Shown: positions 1 through 10,944, counted from the first letter of the stretch. The stretch: 64,000 nt of DNA from an uncultured Desulfobacteraceae bacterium (GCA_964549945.1 CAZJXD010000007.1:33444-97443), one strand, 5' to 3'. Notes: generated by a model not told the origin, from the sequence alone. Program-made: numbers and translations.

Positions 1-213
1 CTACCACTTCGAGAATTACCGGATTCATCTATAATCTCACCATACTATGAATTATGCGAAATTTCATATCAACGCTAGTAATATAACCTATATTCTTTTA
101 TTTACAAGATATGGATCCCGGAATCTTTAGGGCTTGCTCTATTTTCCCCAATCCTATATCGTTCTTGCGGGCGGAGTATATATCTAGCCTAGTCCCGAGA
201 ATGTATTTGGGGA

Positions 214-231
214 CCCCTATTTCCATAGGGG
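214..231 (+). terminator. Weak hairpin (CCCCTAT-ttcc-ATAGGGG) followed by a short T-run; possible terminator of an upstream off-window gene
   Basis: 7-bp perfect stem read directly. The T-tract is only about 3 nt, so this is weak. Confidence 0.25.
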
Positions 232-276
232 CTTTATCAAGGGATGAGGGCAGTAGAATTCAGGAGGAGGAATGTT

Positions 277-678
277 ATGGACCGAAGGGAATTGATGACA
301 TTGTTCAACAAACAGCCCAGGATTGGCACGCTCAGTACTGCCAACAAATTAGGGGACGTCAATGTAGCCGTCTTCGGGTCACCTCGGATGATCGATGAAA
401 ACACCGTGGTTATGGGGATTGGCCAAAATCGATCTTTTCGGAACCTTCAAAGAAATCCCAAGGCTGTCTTTATCGTCATGGAGCCAGGAGAAACGGTTAT
501 GGATTGGAAGGGGGCGAGAGTTTATCTTGAGGCAATTGATATGGAAACCAGCGGCGAGTTCTACGAGGAAATCAAGCATGGCATAGCCAAGGCGGCAGGC
601 CAGCAGGCAGCTGATATGATCCACGCAGCTATTCGGTTCAGGATTACAGAGGTACGTCCGATTGTGGCTGAGAGCTAA
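277..678 (+). CDS. Pyridoxamine 5'-phosphate oxidase-like FMN-binding split-barrel protein
   Basis: The GGAGGAGG RBS just upstream of ATG 277 is a better start than the ORF-track ATG at 244. The about 133-aa size and sequence character fit small PNPOx-like flavin-binding proteins. Confidence 0.45.
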   Translation: MDRRELMTLFNKQPRIGTLSTANKLGDVNVAVFGSPRMIDENTVVMGIGQNRSFRNLQRNPKAVFIVMEPGETVMDWKGARVYLEAIDMETSGEFYEEIKHGIAKAAGQQAADMIHAAIRFRITEVRPIVAES

Positions 679-728
679 GTCGAACGAATCGCTCGATTGC
701 GTGTAAAGATCCCTTTTCGAAAAGGGCC

Positions 729-1715
729 TTAAAGGGCGTGTGAAAACAGGGCCTGAGCCACCTTTCTTACCATATCCAAGCCTCTAACCTCTTTTTCAAA
801 AAGAGGGATCTCGCCGCAGACATTATCAAAGGATTGGTACGCTTCTTCCCGATACTTATCCTGCATCTTGACGCGGTTAATGATAAATTGAGCGGAGTCT
901 TTTCCCACTTCAGATTTATCGATGACCTCGTTGATAATGACACCCCCTATGGGGATTCCAAAGTCCTCGAACCAGCCAATGAAGCGTCGGATTACCGCAA
1001 TGGGAAGAGACTCGAGGAGGGTTACAAAGAAAAAGGCGCTTTTTTCCTCATCTGTTAAAATAACCCTCATATGCTCTATTCTATCCTTAAACGAGGTGAG
1101 GTAGTCAAGCAGTGGGTCCTCTTCCTCTGCTACCTTCTTTTTTCTGAAGGATAGGCTCAGCCTCATAGCCGCTGCCTCCTGCCGGCTCTTGTACATCTTA
1201 TCCACCCAGAGGGTATAGACCTTGGACATGCCCAAGAGCCTTCTTGCATTTGCCGTGGGGGCGGTATCAAACACATAAAACTCAAAGGCATTTTCAAATA
1301 TAATATTTATCATGTTCTCGAACATAGCCGACTCTTCAAAGGCGGGGTTCATGGTGGCCGACTCTATAAACTCATCGGCCCTTGTGGGAATATCGGCAAA
1401 CTTGAGAAACCAGCTTATCTTCTCCCTTATCTCGTTCTTTGATTTTTCTATGGTGTCTTTGGTGTCTATCTCCTGTACAAATAGGTTTTGTGTTCCTGGT
1501 ATCAATACGGGTTTCCCAAAGACGTCTTGTTTGAAAAGGTTTGATAGGCTATGCACAGGATTTGTAGAGGCCAGGAGGGTCCTTTTACCCTGCCCTGCCA
1601 TCCACAGTGATACAGCTGCTGCAACAACCGTCTTGCCCACCCCTCCTTTTCCCCCAAAGTAAAGATATCTCATTTGTGGATGTTTCTTAAAAAAATCCTC
1701 CATGGTAGCATTCAT
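729..1715 (-). CDS. ArsA/Get3-family P-loop ATPase, paralog 1 (deviant Walker A GGKGGVGKT; DTAPTANA in place of DTAPTGH)
   Basis: N-terminal KGGVGKT deviant Walker A. DTAPT motif typical of ArsA/TRC40/Get3 ATPases. Single-domain ArsA half, 328 aa. Confidence 0.8.
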   Translation of the reverse strand: MNATMEDFFKKHPQMRYLYFGGKGGVGKTVVAAAVSLWMAGQGKRTLLASTNPVHSLSNLFKQDVFGKPVLIPGTQNLFVQEIDTKDTIEKSKNEIREKISWFLKFADIPTRADEFIESATMNPAFEESAMFENMINIIFENAFEFYVFDTAPTANARRLLGMSKVYTLWVDKMYKSRQEAAAMRLSLSFRKKKVAEEEDPLLDYLTSFKDRIEHMRVILTDEEKSAFFFVTLLESLPIAVIRRFIGWFEDFGIPIGGVIINEVIDKSEVGKDSAQFIINRVKMQDKYREEAYQSFDNVCGEIPLFEKEVRGLDMVRKVAQALFSHAL

Positions 1716-2695
1716 GATGATTTCTCCTCAAACATCACGTGTGCAAGATCTCTGATCACATCAAGCCCTTTTATCTCGGAATCGAATTCCGGAACAGCTG
1801 AAAGCACAGAAGAGCCGAACTTTTCGTCTATCATCTCGAGGGCGCCTGCCTGCATCTCGATCCTGTTTTTGAGATATGTTGGTATGTTATCCTTCAACAA
1901 TTCCCTGTTAATGACTCGATTTACTATATATCCAGAAAGGGGCACCTTATACTTGGCAAAAAGCTGTGCCGCCTTTTCAGTATCCACTATGGTCATCTCT
2001 TCCGGGGTAAGCACGAAGAAAAAGGCGGTCCTTTCAGTATCCGTCATGATCTTGGAGGAACGTCCTATCCGATCCTTTATGTACATCAATTCATTATATA
2101 TCTCGTCTTCCTCTGTCTCCTCCTCCCGCTTCATGGTAGCAATAGCCTTGTCATATTCTTTCATCTGCTCCCTCAGGCTTGTTATCTTTTCCAGCCAGGC
2201 ATCATAGATGGATGCCATGCTCAAATAATAAAGGGCATGGCCCAGGGGAACGAGATCGTAAATGTAGTAGTCGAAACCACCTTTCACCACAATATCAACC
2301 ACTGCATCGAAGATGGCGCTTTCCTCCATGGCCGGCTCAGCTGAGGAGGCCCTTATATAGTCTTCTATTTCCTCGGGGATCTTCTTCATGCCGTACATTG
2401 ATATGATCTTTTGCCGTATCTCCTCCTGATAGTCATGAACCCTCTTATCAGCATCGACCTCACAGGCAAAGAGATTTTCCATTATCTCAACATTTCCCTT
2501 GCCAAAGATATCGCGCTCGAAGATATCGCTCAGCGATGCCTGTGGGTCAACGGAGAAGACGAGCACCCTTTTCCCCTTCTTTGCAAGGTAATAGGCTGTT
2601 GCCGCTGAAAAGGTTGTCTTGCCAAGCCCTCCCTTGCCTCCGTACATAATGTATCTTTTGTTGGGATACTGTTGAAAGAAATCGACAAGGGGCAT
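1712..2695 (-). CDS. ArsA/Get3-family P-loop ATPase, paralog 2 (GGKGGLGKT; DLVPLGHA)
   Basis: Deviant Walker A and a retained GH signature. 4-bp overlap (ATGA) with the downstream paralog. GGAGGAC RBS directly upstream. Confidence 0.8.
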   Translation of the reverse strand: MPLVDFFQQYPNKRYIMYGGKGGLGKTTFSAATAYYLAKKGKRVLVFSVDPQASLSDIFERDIFGKGNVEIMENLFACEVDADKRVHDYQEEIRQKIISMYGMKKIPEEIEDYIRASSAEPAMEESAIFDAVVDIVVKGGFDYYIYDLVPLGHALYYLSMASIYDAWLEKITSLREQMKEYDKAIATMKREEETEEDEIYNELMYIKDRIGRSSKIMTDTERTAFFFVLTPEEMTIVDTEKAAQLFAKYKVPLSGYIVNRVINRELLKDNIPTYLKNRIEMQAGALEMIDEKFGSSVLSAVPEFDSEIKGLDVIRDLAHVMFEEKSS

Positions 2696-2763
2696 AGGTC
2701 CTCCTTTATCGTTTATTGGGTTTCTCGGGTTCTTTTATTAAAACTCTCCGAACTCAAGGAACA

Positions 2764-3039
2764 TTAATACATGCTATCCATGAAATCCTTCTCCCTCAGC
2801 ATCCTGCGCTTCCAGGTAGTGATCTGGGGCACAACATGGGGAAGCAAACGGAGTGAATAGTAAGGCGGAAGTATGGGAATGCCAAGCATGTCGCCCATGG
2901 TGATGAGGATAAAAAGGTGCTCCATGCTGGAGCGTGTTTTCAGGGCATGCCTTGCCATTCCATGGGTTGCCATGCCATACGTGAAATCCCTTACAAAACC
3001 TATTATGCCCCCTGATTTTTTCTTCTTTTTCTCTTCCAT
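2764..3039 (-). CDS. Small hypothetical protein A (91 aa), paralog of 3254..3535; hydrophobic segment plus basic C-terminal motif W-KRRMLREKDF
   Basis: ORF with a clear paralog upstream. The two share ...G.P.L..YY.LRL.P.....W+RRM.RE+DF. Co-oriented with the ArsA-like pair. Confidence 0.5.
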   Translation of the reverse strand: MEEKKKKKSGGIIGFVRDFTYGMATHGMARHALKTRSSMEHLFILITMGDMLGIPILPPYYSLRLLPHVVPQITTWKRRMLREKDFMDSMY

Positions 3040-3066
3040 GACTACGATCTCTTTTAAAATTATTCT

Positions 3067-3084
3067 TGACTACTCACGTAGTCA
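3067..3084. promoter_or_regulatory. Palindrome TGACTAC-tcac-GTAGTCA about 28 bp upstream of small protein A start; candidate operator
   Basis: Perfect 7-bp inverted repeat read directly. An extra GACTAC direct copy lies at the start codon. Confidence 0.35.
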
Positions 3085-3253
3085 GCCTGAAGCTGTTTAG
3101 ACTGAAGGCTTAAAGTGGTCAGAATAGCACTATTGCCGCACTTTGTTGAAGAAACAGTAGCTTCTCGTACCAAACATGGCTTCAAAATGCGCCGTATCCC
3201 CGTTTTTTCCTAACAGTCCTCAGCCTACAACCTATCTACCTGAATAGTTACAA

Positions 3254-3535
3254 TTAATCCCTTATCTGATCAAAGAAATCCCTTTCCCTTACCATCCTCC
3301 TCTTCCATGGCCCAATTCTCTTTACACAGTAAGGAAAAAGTCTCAGATGGTAGTAGTTAAAAAGGCAGGGAACCCCAATTACCTTTCCAACGATGGCTAC
3401 CATAAAAAGATCATCCAAACAACGCTTTTCTTTGTATATCCCCCCTATCAGGTCGTAAAGAAAAAACCCTTTTGCATAATCCTTTATAGCCTGTATCCAG
3501 GGGTGTTTCACTTCCTTATCATGTGAAGAAGACAA
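3254..3535 (-). CDS. Small hypothetical protein B (93 aa), paralog of 2764..3039; C-terminal W-KRRMVRERDF
   Basis: Paralogy with protein A over the C-terminal about 55 residues. Confidence 0.5.
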   Translation of the reverse strand: MSSSHDKEVKHPWIQAIKDYAKGFFLYDLIGGIYKEKRCLDDLFMVAIVGKVIGVPCLFNYYHLRLFPYCVKRIGPWKRRMVRERDFFDQIRD

Positions 3536-3612
3536 GGGGATATATTCCCAGGTTTATAACCCTATCCTGGGTACTATATCCCCTTTTGGAACACTACGTT
3601 AAGGTCCTAATC

Positions 3613-5277
3613 TTATGCTGGTGCCTTTTCCGCCTCAGCAGGGGCCTCTGCCGCTTCCCCTGATTTATATTTCTTGAAGGCCTTCCATCCGTCATAGGCA
3701 AGGATCAGGGCACAGATGATAAGCAGAATGGCTACTGCCGCAGCAAAGAGATTCCCAAACACCTTTTTGCCGGCAAATGCCGCGGGTATCAGCTTGAAAA
3801 AGGAGGTGTAAAACAAGGCGCTCACCGTTGTAGCATACATGAAAAACATCGGGTAGATGGCGATCTTATAGTTCTTCGCCTTCTGCACCAGAAACAGAGT
3901 TACAAGGAGAAGCGCAAAGGATGCCATCAATTGATTGGCGCCGCCAAAAAGTACCCATACGTAAAGCCAGGTTCCTGTTTTTATCAGTACAAAGGTGATT
4001 ATAAGGGCCACAATGGTCGCTACATGGGGGTTCTTTGCAACAGACCATGCATCACCCAGAACCTCGGCGCTCGCGACCTTCATAAAACGGAACACCAGGT
4101 TTATAATGGTAAGGGCGAGTATGATGATCATCATGCCCGCCAGGGCACCGGCATACGACATTGGCAGTCCAAGGGAGGTAATTGCCCCTCCAAGGCCTCC
4201 CACAAAGATGGCTGTAGGATTACTGACCTTTGCAACATAGGCCGCCTTATCGGCGAATGCCGTGGCGCATACTATCACCGCAATGATAGAGATGGTAAAC
4301 TCCGCAAACATTGCCCCTGCTGTGACCGGTCTAGCGTCCAGCTCGTTCTCGAGCTGCCGTGATGTGGCGGTGCTGGATACCAGGCTGTGCCACCCGGAGA
4401 TAGCACCGCAGGCGATAGTGACAAAGAGAAGGGGCCAGAGGGGTCCCATGCCGATACTCCAGCTGGTAAAGGCAGGGAGCGTCATGGGCTTATGGCCGAT
4501 GATTATCCCTATCACACCTGCTATGATCCCGAAGTATACCACGTAAACCGAGGAGTAGTTGTAGGGCTGAATGAAGCGCCATACGGGCAGAATCGAGCTA
4601 AAATAGCCGAATATCAAAACGCATACGAGGATCGTGGTATAGGAAAACTTCATGGTCCAAACCGTGCCTAACCAGATAGAGAAGAAGATCAATACGATAG
4701 CGATGATAGTGGTCGTGACGATGTTCGTTCTCGCCTTATAGATCATATGGCCCACGAGAAATGCCACCCCAATAACCACCAGCAAGGGAAAGGGGAGTAC
4801 TGGATTTCCACTTACCCCCGCGGTAATTACATGCCCAAAGGCCGTAGCAATCAGGAGCAGGTAAAAGTAAATGAAGGTAAGCAGTATCTTCCTTGCCCGG
4901 GGAGATATCAACTTATATCCCAGGGCCCCGAAGGTATCCCCATCGTTCCTTATGGATACCATGGCGCTCGAGAAGTCATGGAGCCACCCGATGAAAAAAA
5001 CGCCCAGTCCTAACCACAGGAGCGCGGGCATCCATCCCCATTGAATTGCCACAATAGGGCCTATGATCGGTGCGGCCCCCGCTATCGAGTTAAGCTGGAA
5101 CCCATAGAGCACATTCTTATTTGCCGGCATAAAGTCAACACCGTCCATATACATCTTGGCCGGGGTCGCTCTCCCAGCATCAACCTCAAACACTCTCCTT
5201 GCCGCCCACCTCGCATATACCCAGTAGCCGATCACAACAATTATTACCCACCATAATAATACCCATAATGAATTCAT
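3613..5277 (-). CDS. cstA: Carbon starvation protein CstA family membrane transporter
   Basis: Long polytopic membrane protein with a CstA-typical N-terminus (WW..IVVIGYWVY.RW) and length. Confidence 0.85.
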   Translation of the reverse strand: MNSLWVLLWWVIIVVIGYWVYARWAARRVFEVDAGRATPAKMYMDGVDFMPANKNVLYGFQLNSIAGAAPIIGPIVAIQWGWMPALLWLGLGVFFIGWLHDFSSAMVSIRNDGDTFGALGYKLISPRARKILLTFIYFYLLLIATAFGHVITAGVSGNPVLPFPLLVVIGVAFLVGHMIYKARTNIVTTTIIAIVLIFFSIWLGTVWTMKFSYTTILVCVLIFGYFSSILPVWRFIQPYNYSSVYVVYFGIIAGVIGIIIGHKPMTLPAFTSWSIGMGPLWPLLFVTIACGAISGWHSLVSSTATSRQLENELDARPVTAGAMFAEFTISIIAVIVCATAFADKAAYVAKVSNPTAIFVGGLGGAITSLGLPMSYAGALAGMMIIILALTIINLVFRFMKVASAEVLGDAWSVAKNPHVATIVALIITFVLIKTGTWLYVWVLFGGANQLMASFALLLVTLFLVQKAKNYKIAIYPMFFMYATTVSALFYTSFFKLIPAAFAGKKVFGNLFAAAVAILLIICALILAYDGWKAFKKYKSGEAAEAPAEAEKAPA

Positions 5278-5551
5278 GGCTTTTGCCCTCCCTTCGCTAA
5301 AGGTTATGTAGCACCTTTATTTAAAGGATAAACTCCCCTTCACCTCCTTTCCGTTGCGATGTAAAAATCCTCATCATTATAGATACATTACATTTCTATA
5401 CTCTTAAGGGGAAAAAATCAAGAATTTTCCCGAAAATCATGAAATGAAAAATGTCAACTCCATTCATTGCCCTAATTCTTAAAAAAGTATGCTACACTTA
5501 TAGGCCTGAGAAGAACCTTCCATGAACCTGGTCATATAAATTACACTCACC

Positions 5552-5992
5552 ATGCTTACCGTATGCCTGGCCGACATCGTTGCCATTATCCACCTCGGCT
5601 ACGTTGTCTTCGTAATAGTGGGGTTCATGTTCATCGTTGCGGGGATTTTCTTTAGGTGGCGGTGGATACGAAACCCCTGGTTTCGATTCCCGCACCTGGC
5701 AGCAATCATCGCGGTCGCTATTGAGGCGATCCTTGGGGTAAATTGCCCCCTCACGGTGCTGGAGTTCAGGCTCAGATGCCCCACCGGTCCCTTTCAGGAG
5801 AGGGTCTCATTCATCGCCAGCCTCGTAGATTCCATTCTCTTCTACGACGCCCCCGCATGGCTATTCACGGTAGTATATACTGGCTTTGCCGTGGCAGTAA
5901 TCATCACCTTCATTATGGCGCCTCCTGAGAGAAAAAGCCGCCATTGTTTGCGCAATAAGGTTTCGGAAACGGATGCTCAACCGAAGGAGTAA
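5552..5992 (+). CDS. Small integral membrane protein, DUF2784-like
   Basis: Four predicted TM segments. The LAD..AI.HLGYV.F...G motif resembles the DUF2784 family. Assignment by recollection only. Confidence 0.45.
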   Translation: MLTVCLADIVAIIHLGYVVFVIVGFMFIVAGIFFRWRWIRNPWFRFPHLAAIIAVAIEAILGVNCPLTVLEFRLRCPTGPFQERVSFIASLVDSILFYDAPAWLFTVVYTGFAVAVIITFIMAPPERKSRHCLRNKVSETDAQPKE

Positions 5993-6082
5993 CATGCCGC
6001 CGGCGCACGCATGTATCCTGGAACCTAATCTGCAATGTATGGGGTTTATTATTGCGGGATCCTTAGTGTTGAGGGGTGACCG

Positions 6083-7387
<1,305 letters not shown>

Positions 7388-7464
7388 CTACCTTAAAAAA
7401 TCCCTCTCCCCTCGCTGTCTCGCTCGCGTTGAGGAGATATGATGGACCATGAAAAAATCCAACC

Positions 7465-8424
7465 TTATTCCGAATCCCTATGTCTGAGAAAATCCTGTAT
7501 ATTGACGACCTTTGGGATATCCTTTTTTTGAAGCTTGCCGCTTCTGAGTTTCTTAATCTTCTTTACGTACTCTTGTAATTCCGCGTTCTTGCCCAGAACC
7601 TCCTCCATCTGGTGCTCGAACTCCTTTAAAGACCTCTCAAGCTCAAGGGTTTCTATGGAAAAGGAAAGGAGGGAGGACATTATGGATATCATTCGATTCA
7701 ATACCCTGAAATTGGTCCCCCTGAGGTATAGTGGCGAGTGACCCCACAGCCCAATATATGGATATTGTTCCCTTTGTGCCCTCTGCATGATCAGAGAATG
7801 CACGCCAGAGGGGCCTTCATAATCGACGAGACTAATGCCGTGTTCCGTTAAGGTGCCCTTCCACTTCTCCAATGAATAAATCCCAGAGATAATGGCCTCG
7901 GTATGAAGGACATCATCATACATCCCCCCAAGGCTGACTATCAGGTGGGCCTTCCAGTGCACACACAGGTCAAACAGGATATCAACGAATGTGTGCCACC
8001 GATAATCCGGCTCCTGGGCCTTTAAAAGGATAAGATCATTTCCTCCCTCGTTATTGGACCAGGCATAGAAAGATATCCGCTTTAAATTGAGGCGTTGAAG
8101 CCTCCCCTCCCTGATAGAGACAACCGGTCGGTTTTGGGTGAAGTGGTAGAAAGGGTCGGTTTTGACTTCGGCCAGCAGCGTAGCACCCTTCTTTCGAATT
8201 ACGTATTCAATCGATTTCAGGGCGACATTGCCTGCATTTGACCAATCCCCGAATCCAGCAATCAGCGCTGGATTCTCTAGTCTAGGCCTTTGGTGGAAGG
8301 TAACAAAATCATCGATCATGGCCCTCTTCCCCTCTCGTTTCCTCCTTATCAACGCTGACCTGCCCCTGGCGGCTTTATACCATGGAATAGGCGAAAAGAA
8401 AGTAAAAATCTCATGGCTGCTCAC
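7465..8424 (-). CDS. PAC2 (proteasome assembly chaperone 2-like) family protein
   Basis: The LIAGFGDWSNAGNVA motif matches the PAC2-family LI.AF.GWNDAG signature. True start is probably internal (MIDDF...). Confidence 0.55.
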   Translation of the reverse strand: MSSHEIFTFFSPIPWYKAARGRSALIRRKREGKRAMIDDFVTFHQRPRLENPALIAGFGDWSNAGNVALKSIEYVIRKKGATLLAEVKTDPFYHFTQNRPVVSIREGRLQRLNLKRISFYAWSNNEGGNDLILLKAQEPDYRWHTFVDILFDLCVHWKAHLIVSLGGMYDDVLHTEAIISGIYSLEKWKGTLTEHGISLVDYEGPSGVHSLIMQRAQREQYPYIGLWGHSPLYLRGTNFRVLNRMISIMSSLLSFSIETLELERSLKEFEHQMEEVLGKNAELQEYVKKIKKLRSGKLQKKDIPKVVNIQDFLRHRDSE

Positions 8425-8430
8425 GAAATG

Positions 8431-9297
8431 TCAATAGCTCACCAAGCTGGACACGGGCACTACCTCTGCCTCCTCTTTGAGGCTCAACTGAAGCTTCGTC
8501 AAAAACCCTAGGGTTTCCCTGTGGGGGTGCCCTATCCCTATGGCGTGACCCCTGTTTCTCGCTAAGTTAAGCAGCCTATCCATTTGTAGTCTGAGGGCGC
8601 CCTCTGAGAGATCGTTGTCCAGAAAGATATCCCTGCGAGCAGCCCTGATCTCCATCTGCTTCGCGAGATCGAAGGCCACGCTACTGCGGCTTGTCCTGCT
8701 ATCAACGAAGTAAAGTCCTCTTCTCTTCAGCTCCTCAAGCACCACCACCATCTTTTCCTTGTTCTCGGTGAATCTCGACCCCATGTGATTATTCACGCCC
8801 ACCACAAAGGGTATCTCGCCCAAATCCCTATGGAGAACCTTCAGGATGGTGTCGTTTTCCATGGAGACCAGCACTACCCCATCCCCCGGATTAATGCGAG
8901 GATAGCTCCTCGGTTCCATGGGAAGATGAAGCATGATCTCCCGCCCTCCTGTCTTAGCCATGTGTGCAATGGAGCGCGTATAGGGGGTGAAGGGCAATAT
9001 CGATAGGGTGAGCGGTAAATCAAGGTCTATAAACCCCCTGGCAAGGGAGTTATCGTAACCCAAGTCATCTATGATAATAGCGATCCTTGGGCATGTCGCT
9101 CGATGAGGTGAAATCGGGATTTCATAGGTGATAGACCTCTCCGGAGAGGGGGGCATTTCTTCAAAGGGAGGAACGGTTCCTCGTGTATGGAATCTCGGCG
9201 GATAATATATGGCTACGAGGATGAGAGTGCTCGCCAGGGCAAACCCAATGAAGGTGAGGTATATTTTCCCTGATCCATCTTTTCTGCGCTTACCCAT
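8431..9297 (-). CDS. Divergent polysaccharide deacetylase family protein (YibQ-like)
   Basis: N-terminal TM followed by the IAIIIDDLGY motif typical of the YibQ/DUF610 divergent deacetylases. Confidence 0.7.
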   Translation of the reverse strand: MGKRRKDGSGKIYLTFIGFALASTLILVAIYYPPRFHTRGTVPPFEEMPPSPERSITYEIPISPHRATCPRIAIIIDDLGYDNSLARGFIDLDLPLTLSILPFTPYTRSIAHMAKTGGREIMLHLPMEPRSYPRINPGDGVVLVSMENDTILKVLHRDLGEIPFVVGVNNHMGSRFTENKEKMVVVLEELKRRGLYFVDSRTSRSSVAFDLAKQMEIRAARRDIFLDNDLSEGALRLQMDRLLNLARNRGHAIGIGHPHRETLGFLTKLQLSLKEEAEVVPVSSLVSY

Positions 9298-9370
9298 GAG
9301 CCCCCAGCAAACATAGTTGAAATTCGCTTCAACCTTGAATCAACGTTGATCGTAATGAGTGTATTTAGGG

Positions 9371-9439
9371 GTTCAGCGTTCAGTGTTCAGGAAAGATCCC
9401 CTCCCTTTCATGGCTCCTGCCCCACTGAACCCTGAACAC
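9371..9439. repeat. Tandem (N)GTTCAG x3 with inverted CTGAAC-CCTGAAC copies; 9-bp stem 9383-9391/9431-9439 with alternative registers
   Basis: Read directly. Lies in the ctpA-yibQ intergenic spacer. Confidence 0.45.
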
Positions 9440-9504
9440 GCAAGATGTCTGACCCATGGAGTCAAATAATCAGCATGTAAGAAGCTAAAAGCTGGGCTCA
9501 GTGC

Positions 9505-10833
9505 TCATTGCCTTGGTTTTCGGCGCTCCATGACCGAAAAAATCTCCCAGGATTGGAGCACCTGTATCGCACTTCTCAGTTGATTATCGTTTGTGATAAG
9601 GCTTTGAATGCGAGATTCCTCATCTGAGGGAATCTCGCCCTCCTCTTGCTCCCCGACCTTCTTTTCGATGTGGCCCTCCAAATCCTTCTCCCTTATCATA
9701 GGTCTCGTTTCCTCTTTTGGCACTTCCTTTGGTGGTTGGAAGGCGACTTCGATATCAGGCGTAATGCCGCTGGCCTGTATCGATCTTCCGTTAGGGGTAT
9801 AGTACAGGGCCGTGGTGAGGCGTAACCCCGATCCATCTGAGAGGGGGAAAAGGGTTTGCACGGAGCCCTTCCCAAAGGAGGTGGTGCCCAATATGAGCGC
9901 CCTTCGATTGTCCTGTAATGCACCGGCCACGATCTCCGATGCACTTGCGCTCCCGCCGTTTATCAAGGTCACTATCGGATATCCCCGTGCACGATCGCCG
10001 CTTTGGGCATACGTCTTTTCCTCCTTTTGGTCCCTTCCCTTGATCGAAACAATCACGCCTGAATCCAGAAATTCATCGGCCACCTCCACGGCCTGAGAGA
10101 GCAAACCGCCTGGGTTGTTTCTCAGATCCAAAATAAGCCCCTTGAGGCCCTCTTTGGCCCCCATCTCACTCAGTGCCTTGGATAGTTCCTGGCCGGTGTT
10201 GCTTTGGAAGTTCGAAATCCTCACATAACCGATATCATGGGGAAGCATCAGCGAGCGAACGCTTCTGATGGGAATTACATCCCTTGTGATGACAAACTCG
10301 ATCGGCTTTTCCACCTCCTCCCGTCTGATGGTCAACCCAACCTTGGTTCCCTTAGGCCCTCGAATGAGCTTCACCGCTTCCATGATGGAAAAATCTTTTG
10401 TGGCCTTGTCGCCTATCTTAATTATCTGGTCCCCCGCCTTTATGCCAGCCCTAAATGCGGGTGTGCCCTCTATGGGAGAGACAACGGTGAGGACATTGTT
10501 TCGAATGGTTATCTCGATCCCTACCCCGGTAAAGCTCCCCTTTGTCTCTATCATTAATTCCCTGTATTCATCCGGGTCCATGAAAAAGGAGTGGGGATCC
10601 AGTGTCCCCACCATACCCTTTATCGCCCCGTAGATAAGTTTCTTCGGCTCCGTGCCCTCAACGTAGTTCTTCTCGATCTTCCGCAAAACCTCGGTCAGCA
10701 CCTCAATGTTCTTGTATACCTCCTCTGTGCCCGCATACACATCTTTGGAGCCGGCGCCGGTAAACATCAAGAAGATCACGAACACAATCGTGAGCGCCTG
10801 TTGAAAAAAAATGTTGGTCTTTGTTCTTATCAT
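9505..10833 (-). CDS. ctpA: Carboxyl-terminal processing protease (S41 family)
   Basis: PDZ plus S41 catalytic region. Start reassigned to ATG 10833 (M20 of the track ORF), which is directly preceded by GGAGAGAGGAG. Confidence 0.85.
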   Translation of the reverse strand: MIRTKTNIFFQQALTIVFVIFLMFTGAGSKDVYAGTEEVYKNIEVLTEVLRKIEKNYVEGTEPKKLIYGAIKGMVGTLDPHSFFMDPDEYRELMIETKGSFTGVGIEITIRNNVLTVVSPIEGTPAFRAGIKAGDQIIKIGDKATKDFSIMEAVKLIRGPKGTKVGLTIRREEVEKPIEFVITRDVIPIRSVRSLMLPHDIGYVRISNFQSNTGQELSKALSEMGAKEGLKGLILDLRNNPGGLLSQAVEVADEFLDSGVIVSIKGRDQKEEKTYAQSGDRARGYPIVTLINGGSASASEIVAGALQDNRRALILGTTSFGKGSVQTLFPLSDGSGLRLTTALYYTPNGRSIQASGITPDIEVAFQPPKEVPKEETRPMIREKDLEGHIEKKVGEQEEGEIPSDEESRIQSLITNDNQLRSAIQVLQSWEIFSVMERRKPRQ

Positions 10834-10944
10834 CTCCTCTCTCCTCTCGTCGTATTTACTGCATCGATCGGGCTCGCTGGGTTGGAACACGTAACGCCCT
10901 CATGGATGCTCATAGATCCGGTTTGAGCGCTCTGCTTTTTCTAC

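Noticed and set aside
5650-5720. tRNA-like T-loop sequence GGTTTCGATTCCC
   Set aside because: No complementary T-stem or acceptor stem could be formed. It lies inside a coherent membrane-protein ORF.
9424-9443. 11-mer CTGAACCCTGA shared with 62005-62017
   Set aside because: At this window size hundreds of repeated 11-mers are expected by chance. There is no extended similarity around the two copies.
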